Notes under the pieces: generated by a model
The model's database searches: none
What the model saw: only the letters and a program-made list of their open reading frames with translations
Told to the model about the DNA's origin: nothing
Program-made: the position numbers and the translations under genes
In this document: piece by piece, positions 57,859-64,000 of the stretch
Layout: each line of letters begins with the position of its first letter
How positions within the stretch are numbered: the first letter of the stretch is position 1
Assembly (NCBI GenBank): GCA_047150005.1
Contig: AP038806.1
Coordinates: 2,432,001-2,496,000, forward strand
DNA: 64,000 nucleotides
Source: Nitrospira sp.
GTDB lineage: Bacteria; Nitrospirota; Nitrospiria; Nitrospirales; Nitrospiraceae
Direction: 5' to 3'

Positions 57859-59957
57859 GTCAGCCATGCCAGCATGAGACATGCGGTTCCGAGGAGGATC
57901 TGCATCCGGGCCGGTGTCGCGGTTCTCGGCAATCCAAAGATCGCCTGATAGTCTTGTCCGTCCGGCAGGTTGGTCTTCAGCATATGTGTCGCGAGCGTCC
58001 GGTCCGTCGGACGAACCGGCTCGTGGTCCACCGCCACCAGGCTGGTGTATTTGCTGACGAGGTGGTGGGCCAGCGCCACGTCGAGGACGGCTTGCCGGAT
58101 CGCCGGATCTTCCCGTCCATGTTGTTGTTGATCCATGAGCGCGTCGATCTTGCGGCGTGCCCAATGGACGGCGAGTTTTTCGCGCGGCGAACCGTCTTGG
58201 AACGCCACGGTCGAGGTCCACGGGGTTCGTCCGAGCAAACCGCGAAGCGTCACTGCAGCCGGTAAGTGCCTGCTCTTCACCGCCAGGACGATCGGCTCGC
58301 CTTCGTACAGATCAGGGATACGTGCCGGGAATAGTTCATCGGATTGGTCCAGCCCATCCACGATGACTTCTGTCAGCACCGGCCGTTCCAGTTTTCTGAG
58401 CATGGCATCCATTTGTGTCTGGACGTCGCTCGTACTGCCGACATAGGTAAAGGTGCCTCGCCCGAATTCCGCGGCCTTCCGCATGAAATGGCTGTTCGGC
58501 GCCGAGCCGATACCGATGGTGAACAGCCGGCTCGCGCCGAGGTGTTCCCGTATGACGCCGAAGAGTTCGTCTTCATTGCCGACCTGACCGTCGGTGAGGA
58601 AGATGACTTGGCGCAAATGCGAGGCAGGCGCTGGTCCCTTGAGGGCGGTCTTCAACGCCGGCAGAATCTCCGTCCCTCCGTTCGCGTGAAGCTGCTCGAC
58701 GTAGTGGACGGCTTTGCGGAGCGTGGTCGTGGTAACAGGCTGCGCCTGCGAAAAAAGGACGTGGGTGACGCTGTTGAACTGGATGACGTTGAAACGGTCC
58801 TGGGCCGTCAGCCTGGTCAGCGCCAAGAGCAGGGCGGCCTTGGCCTGTTCGATGGACGTGCCGGCCATCGAGCCGGACGTGTCGATCACGAAAATCACCT
58901 CGCGCGGTTGGACGGACTGTGGTTGATCCGGCCAGACCGGAGGCGTGAGCATGAGGAGGGCGTACGATGCCTCGCCCTGTTGTTGAGTGAAGGCCGTCGC
59001 GATTGGGGCACTGCCCAAGGCAGCTTTCCACCTCAACACAAAATCCCGATCGGCTGGAACTCGCTCCACCCGCAAACTGATCTGGCGCCGGCCGTCCGGC
59101 TCCGTCACGACGAGAATGGGATGGGACGGAGATTCGATCAGAGCCGGAGGAAATCCTGCAGCCAGATCGATGGACAGGCTGACCGGATTGATCGGGTGTT
59201 CCGACCGGGTGAGCGGCGGGGTGATTCGTGACGCATCCGTTACCCGGTCGGTATCGAAAGACCAGCCCTGCCCTGGCGGCTGGTCCTCCATGATGACCGG
59301 AGTGCCGGGGATGTATCGCGGGCCGACGACCATCGGGAAGCGGATCGAGTAGGTGCCCTGATCATATCGAACCGTCTCCTGATACTCGATTTCGACCGTA
59401 ATACGATCACCCGGCGCAATGTTTGCGACGGACGTTGTGAAGATGTTCGGCCGTTCCTGTTCGACCAGGCTCGCCCGCTTGCCTTCTTCCTTGGCCTGTT
59501 CATAGACCTTCTTGGCCTCGGTCCGTTCCTTGATCTGCCCGTCGATCGTCCGTTCTCCCACCTTCATTTGCAGATGATCCACGGCGGCGGTGTCCGGCAG
59601 CGGGAAAACGTACACCCCTTCCGCCCAGGTATCCTTGTCTCGACTTGGATTGACGAACTCCTGTTTGAGCTTTGTTCGGACGATCGTGCCGGTAACGGCA
59701 ATCCGGACGTCGGTGTGAAGAATCGGCGCGGGCAGATAGCGGCCTGATTGAGCCGTCTTGAAGAGCAGGCTGCCTTGGGTGACGTCCTTCAGTCCGATGA
59801 GGTGTGGAGCGGCGTCTGAAGGGCTTGGTTCTTCCCCGCAGGCCAGCAGTGTCGGGAGGCCCCCGAACGGAAGAAGCAATGCCGTGAGCAGGCAGGTTCC
59901 AAGAAACCGTCGCGTCGATCTGAGCGTCGATGTGCGTGTGAGCGCCTTGTGCGTCAT
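57831..59957 (-). CDS. Sortase target protein with VIT and vWA domains
   Basis: VIT 'EGVYVFPLP..AV', 'FTTSVANI'; vWA 'DTSGSM'; C-terminal 'LPRTA' + hydrophobic helix + 'RWRRQ'. Confidence 0.92.
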   Translation of the reverse strand: MTHKALTRTSTLRSTRRFLGTCLLTALLLPFGGLPTLLACGEEPSPSDAAPHLIGLKDVTQGSLLFKTAQSGRYLPAPILHTDVRIAVTGTIVRTKLKQEFVNPSRDKDTWAEGVYVFPLPDTAAVDHLQMKVGERTIDGQIKERTEAKKVYEQAKEEGKRASLVEQERPNIFTTSVANIAPGDRITVEIEYQETVRYDQGTYSIRFPMVVGPRYIPGTPVIMEDQPPGQGWSFDTDRVTDASRITPPLTRSEHPINPVSLSIDLAAGFPPALIESPSHPILVVTEPDGRRQISLRVERVPADRDFVLRWKAALGSAPIATAFTQQQGEASYALLMLTPPVWPDQPQSVQPREVIFVIDTSGSMAGTSIEQAKAALLLALTRLTAQDRFNVIQFNSVTHVLFSQAQPVTTTTLRKAVHYVEQLHANGGTEILPALKTALKGPAPASHLRQVIFLTDGQVGNEDELFGVIREHLGASRLFTIGIGSAPNSHFMRKAAEFGRGTFTYVGSTSDVQTQMDAMLRKLERPVLTEVIVDGLDQSDELFPARIPDLYEGEPIVLAVKSRHLPAAVTLRGLLGRTPWTSTVAFQDGSPREKLAVHWARRKIDALMDQQQHGREDPAIRQAVLDVALAHHLVSKYTSLVAVDHEPVRPTDRTLATHMLKTNLPDGQDYQAIFGLPRTATPARMQILLGTACLMLAWLTWRWRRQTT

Positions 59958-60050
59958 GCGGTCCTCGTGTCCTCGGATGTGCAAATCGCGGCGCGGGCCG
60001 CTCCCACATGAGACTTGCGCCTCATGCAGGGGCGGTATCCGGCATGGTCA

Positions 60051-60878
60051 TCAGCTTCCGGAAGCCGGTTCGAGGGATGTGCCGTTCGGCTCGGACGGCT
60101 GGGTGACACCGGCGGAAGGTATGAGGATCTCGCTCAGGGATCCCTGGTCGTCAGATGGCGGAGTCTGCTCGGCCGAGGCTTGCGTGGTGTCAATCGGCTC
60201 CGAAGACTCCGGCGTGGTCGCGACGACCGGCGGGGCCATATGTTCCTGCCCGATGGTCCGGATCTCCAAGTGCACGCGGCGATTCATCTGCCGGCACACG
60301 TCGCTGTTGTCGATGCAGAGTACCCCTTCTTTGCCCAGGCTCACCGTCTTGATTTGGTGTTCCGCCACGCCGGCGCTCATCAATTCGGTCTTCACCGCTT
60401 CGGCCCGCTTCATGCCGAGTGCCAGGTTGTAGCCGGCCGATCCCTGCCGGTCGGTGTAGCCCTGCACCAGGACGCCCAGGTCGCTGTCGTTTGTGAGAAG
60501 GACCGCCTGCTGCTGGATGATCGACTTGGCTTCATCGGTCAGTCCCTTGCGGCCGACTTCGAAGTACAGGTCACGGTGGATGATGTCCGGGACGGAAGGC
60601 GTCTGTAGAGATCCCTGAGTCTTGGTTACGGGAAGAGCGACAGGCATGGCCACCGGTTGAGCCGTGCCTTTCAGCGCGTCGCTGACCTCGGTTCCGGTGA
60701 GTCGGTCGGGAACGGCGGCGGTCGTTGGCTCGAGTGAACTGTAGTACCAGAACCCTCCGATGATCACGGCCAGGCTTACGATGAGCCCGGAGAACACGAG
60801 GACCTCCTTATCTTTCTTGGGTCCTGAAATGGCCGGCGCGATGGGGCCGGATGTGACTTGTGATGGACTTTTTGACAT
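60051..60878 (-). CDS. OmpA-family protein associated with the sortase system
   Basis: 'QGYTDRQGSAGYNLALGMKRAEAVK', 'NRRV'; N-terminal TM; RBS AAGGAGAGG before ATG 60878. Confidence 0.88.
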   Translation of the reverse strand: MSKSPSQVTSGPIAPAISGPKKDKEVLVFSGLIVSLAVIIGGFWYYSSLEPTTAAVPDRLTGTEVSDALKGTAQPVAMPVALPVTKTQGSLQTPSVPDIIHRDLYFEVGRKGLTDEAKSIIQQQAVLLTNDSDLGVLVQGYTDRQGSAGYNLALGMKRAEAVKTELMSAGVAEHQIKTVSLGKEGVLCIDNSDVCRQMNRRVHLEIRTIGQEHMAPPVVATTPESSEPIDTTQASAEQTPPSDDQGSLSEILIPSAGVTQPSEPNGTSLEPASGS

Positions 60879-61030
60879 GATCAACCTCTCCTTCTTGCCA
60901 TGTGTGAAAGCTGAGAATTTCTTACTCCAACCATTCCCCCAGTGGGTCCCTTCCGTTGCGCGTGCCACCTGCTAGTAACTCTTCTCACCTCCTTTCCTGT
61001 CGATGATTGCCGCGTCGCTGAGGAGGCTTG

Positions 61031-61046
61031 AGCAACAGGAGTGCCG
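61031..61046 (-). promoter_or_regulatory. Candidate sigma-54 promoter for the ompA-target-sortase operon
   Basis: Minus strand CGGCACTCCTGTTGCT has GG-N10-GC geometry. Confidence 0.55.
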
Positions 61047-61688
61047 GTGGAGAAGGAAGAGAGAAATGCAAAAGAGGTGAAGGAAATTGAGGGGTTCAAA
61101 AGGAAGTGGAGGGGCGAGCCTTGTGCGGGGATATGTGACCCATCATGCGATGCGGGGATGGCCCCGCGTGTTCAGGTTTCGGAGCGGGTCCTATCATCGA
61201 TCATCGCTCGGACCGGACGCCTACCGACTCGGCGGCGCGCACAAACGTGACGCTCGTTCTTCCTCGCGTCGTGCGCCATCTTACCCCGCCCGGTTCCAGC
61301 TTTCCTTCCCGGCCAATCCTCGGTGGATACCTCGCTCCTCCGGTCATGCTCGCTCAATCCAAGGGCAACCCTGGAGACAGAGAAATGAAGAAGTGACCGT
61401 GTCGCGGGCGAGCGATGATCGACACCACCCGCGAAAAGCCCCTACCTCGTTCGACCCGCGCAGGACAGGATGGACCAGGCCGCTCCTCTCCCACCTCCGG
61501 TAGGGCTATAGGCAAAGAATGGAAGCATTCGCAATGGAGACCATTGAGATGAGACTTGACGGAGTCAGTGAATCGGCCAAGAATGTGCCGCGCTTGGTTC
61601 AGGCGTTTCCCATCAGAGAAGTAGGCATATGGAAGAAGTGGCGAGCGTAAAGAGAACTGCGGTGCCCATTGGCGGGGAAGATTTGACA

Positions 61689-62032
61689 ATGCTGAAAGCG
61701 CCGATTCGGATTCGGGCGGGTGAGACGGGAAGGCTGGTTGTCCAGTTTCCGTATTCCCCCGATGATGTGGCCAAGATCAAGAGTGTGCCCGGTCGCCGAT
61801 GGCATGCCAAAGAACGGCATTGGACGGTCCCCCAAGGTGATGAGACGCTCTGCACACTGCTGCGTCTCTTCCCTAGGAAGCCCGTCGACGTCGATCCGGC
61901 GCTTGACAGCGGCTGCGATATTCGAACGGTTCAGGAGCTGTTGGGTCATAGAGACGTGAGGACGACCATGATCTACACCGATGTTTGAACCGCGGACCGG
62001 CAGGGATTCGTAGTCCAGTGGACGGGCTTTGA
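61689..62032 (+). pseudogene. intI: Internally deleted integron integrase with HARP-like N-terminal domain
   Basis: '[20 protein letters not shown]...WTVP' joined to '[25 protein letters not shown]', then frameshifted 'NRGPAGIRSPVDGL*'. Confidence 0.85.
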
Positions 62033-62191
62033 GTGGAGAGTCTTATGCGGATCTGCATTAAACGCCAAGTTTACGCCCAGCTCGGGGCAAGTGTATGAAC
62101 GTTCAGGCGTTAGCCACAGTTCGCCCCCGCCGTAGTGGGCGTATTATACGGACACTGCATCCCATTCCATTGGGGGGTGTTAGGCGGATCG

Positions 62192-62209
62192 GTCTAAACA
62201 TTGTTAGGC
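62192..62209 (+). other. attI-like recombination site
   Basis: GTCTAAACATTGTTAGGC resembles the class 1 attI core (CTAAAACAAAGTTAGGC); GTTRRRY at 62203. Confidence 0.65.
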
Positions 62210-62359
62210 CCTTGGTTAGCCAGGCGGGAGAGAAAGCGAGAGCTCATCGCCTTCTGCGCTTAAGCTGAAACAAAGAAGAGCCACTTGGCGCTGGAATTCA
62301 ATATTGGGGCATCCTCCCCGCCACTGACATCGCTCGCGGATCCGAAGGAGGGATAGGGC

Positions 62360-62656
62360 ATGTGGCGTGCAACGGGTAAGGCTCCCGACGGTCGCTCCGT
62401 TACCGTTCCACTACACGAGGTACGCGAACTTCACTCGCGGGACCAACTCCTCTCACAGGTTCGCCAATTCCTTTCCTCCCGCGAAGAGGCGTCGATTAAC
62501 ACGTTTGCTCGAGAACTTGCGTCGGCAGACCCGCTTCCCGGGATCGATGGGATCGAAACCTGGGGAGAAAAGGCGATCGAGCTTATCGGACCACCTAGGC
62601 TGGGTGCAGGATTGGAGTATGGACGGGTTGGGGAGACAGCAGATGGAGGAATTTAA
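62360..62656 (+). CDS. Hypothetical protein in first gene cassette
   Basis: RBS AAGGAGG; lies between attI and a partial attC. Confidence 0.5.
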   Translation: MWRATGKAPDGRSVTVPLHEVRELHSRDQLLSQVRQFLSSREEASINTFARELASADPLPGIDGIETWGEKAIELIGPPRLGAGLEYGRVGETADGGI

Positions 62657-62721
62657 GGGGACATTCTGCGTTTCCTGCGGTGCAAAGCGAACCGCGGTCG
62701 GCGGAAATTCAGAATGTCCCC
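62657..62721. repeat. Palindromic element with 12-bp terminal inverted repeats
   Basis: GGGGACATTCTG ... CAGAATGTCCCC with inner TTTCC/GGAAA pairing. Confidence 0.75.
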
Positions 62722-62770
62722 GGTTGGCCCCCCGCACGGGCAGGGCCACGGCTGAGCTTGGGCGTTAGGG
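62722..62770 (+). other. Right half of an attC site
   Basis: Ends GCTGAGCTTGGGCGTTAGGG (L'/R'-like); no RYYYAAC left box upstream. Confidence 0.6.
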
Positions 62771-62803
62771 AGGGCACACATCGCAATCGAAAGGAGACCG
62801 AAC

Positions 62804-63895
62804 ATGCAAGAGCGTATCCGAGAACCAATTTCAGTGAAGAAGATAGCGAAGCACTTTAAGCCGCGCGGTCCGCTCAAGAAGACGCCAATCACGCTTGAAC
62901 GCCGCTTCCACATCGCAGCCGACCGCAAACCGCATGTAAAGACCCGGCTTAAGCGAATCGACCGCGGCGACGGCCAACCGCATTGGGAGGTGATAGTCGA
63001 CATCGACGGCGCCCGCGCCGGCGGTCGCGCCATGCCCCCGGCGCTGAAGGGTCAGGCACGCAAGATCGAGAAGCGCCGGATCAGCGAGGACCAACTGGCG
63101 CAGCAGCTGACCGCCTATGTTCCCGATCATCTCGGCTTCAACGCGACTCCGCGCGAACGGATAAAGAGCTTTCAGACAATCCGCCCACCCATGTCCCTCC
63201 GCCGCGTCGCCACCACCATCTTCGGCACCGATAATCGCCTCGTCTTTCAGGACACGACCTATCCGTGGTCTACTGTCGGGCTGGTGCAAACCAACCGCGG
63301 CTCGGGCTCGGGGGTGATGATCGGCCCGCGACACCTGTTGACTGTTAGCCATGTCATCGATTGGACAGCGCCGGCCGGCTTTGCGGCCGATTGGGTCCGA
63401 TTCACGCCGTCGTTCTTCGATGGCAACGCGCCATTCGGCGAGTCCTATGGCGTGCATATCTACTGGTATGTCCAGGAGGATGGTGACGGCTTCATCTCAG
63501 GCAACGAGGGCAACTACGACTATGTCGTGGTGGTGCTTGACCGGCGATTGGGTGAGACGACCGGTTGGATGGGCGCGCGTGGGTACGACGACGACTGGGA
63601 CAGCCTCGATGTCTGGTCGCACATGGGCTATCCCGCAGACCTCAACAGCGGCCAGCGGCCGACCTGGCAGGGTGGTTTCCGGATCGACGGCACCGACGCA
63701 GCAGCGCAATCGATCCTGCACCAGGCCGACGTGTTCCCGGGACAATCGGGCGGGCCTGTATTCGGCTTCTGGGATGGCGACGTGGGGCCACGCGCGGTTG
63801 CGGTCCAATCTTGGCAAACAACTTCGAACAACGGCGCCAGCGGTAGCATGGATATGCGAGACTTGGTGGCACTTGCCCGTACCGATTTTGCCTAA
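62804..63895 (+). CDS. Trypsin-like (glutamyl endopeptidase/V8-type) serine protease gene cassette
   Basis: 'IFGTDNR...YPWSTVG', 'LLTVSHV', 'YDYVVV', 'GYPAD', 'PGQSGGPV'; stop codon lies inside the attC R'' box. Confidence 0.88.
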   Translation: MQERIREPISVKKIAKHFKPRGPLKKTPITLERRFHIAADRKPHVKTRLKRIDRGDGQPHWEVIVDIDGARAGGRAMPPALKGQARKIEKRRISEDQLAQQLTAYVPDHLGFNATPRERIKSFQTIRPPMSLRRVATTIFGTDNRLVFQDTTYPWSTVGLVQTNRGSGSGVMIGPRHLLTVSHVIDWTAPAGFAADWVRFTPSFFDGNAPFGESYGVHIYWYVQEDGDGFISGNEGNYDYVVVVLDRRLGETTGWMGARGYDDDWDSLDVWSHMGYPADLNSGQRPTWQGGFRIDGTDAAAQSILHQADVFPGQSGGPVFGFWDGDVGPRAVAVQSWQTTSNNGASGSMDMRDLVALARTDFA

Positions 63896-63949
63896 CAAGC
63901 CGATGCAGCGGCCAGCCTTCGGGCGCCGTTGATCGGCAAGGCGTTAGGA
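63890..63949 (+). other. attC site (60 bp)
   Basis: GCCTAAC...GCCGATGCAGCGGC...GCCGTTGATCGGC...GTTAGGA imperfect palindrome with an unpaired base in the L arm. Confidence 0.92.
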
Positions 63950-63955
63950 GTCATC

Positions 63956-64000
63956 ATGCAGCCCCAGAGCGACCCATGGAACTCGCTGGAAGTCGTCAAG
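63956..64000 (+). CDS. Start of next cassette ORF (truncated by window)
   Basis: AGGAG RBS then MQPQSDPWNSLEVVK directly after attC. Confidence 0.6.
   Translation, partial: MQPQSDPWNSLEVVK

Noticed and set aside
60951..60967. Minus-strand TGGCACG as a sigma-54 promoter
   Set aside because: No GC at the -12 position.
61350..61450. c-di-GMP riboswitch or group II intron 3' end
   Set aside because: Only superficial similarity; no second GEMM hairpin and no intron domain V.

Overview
GC-rich bacterial window. Several families resemble Nitrospira-type genes, but the taxonomy is recalled from memory and not verified. (1) 1-10.9 kb: distal half of an extracellular contractile injection system (eCIS) locus (LysM tube initiator, gpD, gpV, PAAR, gp25, two baseplate J, tail I, fibre-base protein), followed by a bitopic membrane protein and a PepSY lipoprotein. 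(2) 11-21 kb: broken sterol desaturase, His-rich RAPP-motif ORF ahead of a czcCBA-like efflux pump, ynfA, and an IS-remnant-flanked GT87 gene. (3) 21-57 kb: a two-component system, then a large stress island. The strongest signal in the window is an intergenic motif, TGTAAG-N16-CGAC, found 7 times exactly plus 2 variants between 26.2 and 50.5 kb. It reads as the promoter of the resident ECF sigma/ZAS anti-sigma pair. The sigma gene itself lies behind a sigma-54 promoter next to a GAF-GAF-PAS enhancer-binding protein. The inferred regulon links a Met-rich peptide plus MsrPQ-like module with a glucosidase/glucose dehydrogenase/gluconolactonase/GMC/NDH-2/aquaporin module. (4) 57-61 kb: Gram-negative sortase, LPXTA target and OmpA protein. 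(5) 61-64 kb: a ~400-nt nested inverted-repeat region, then an internally deleted integron integrase co-oriented with a downstream attI-like site and cassette array. Several genes are pseudogenised. No rRNA, tRNA or CRISPR array was recognised. All calls are by eye; no database searches were run.
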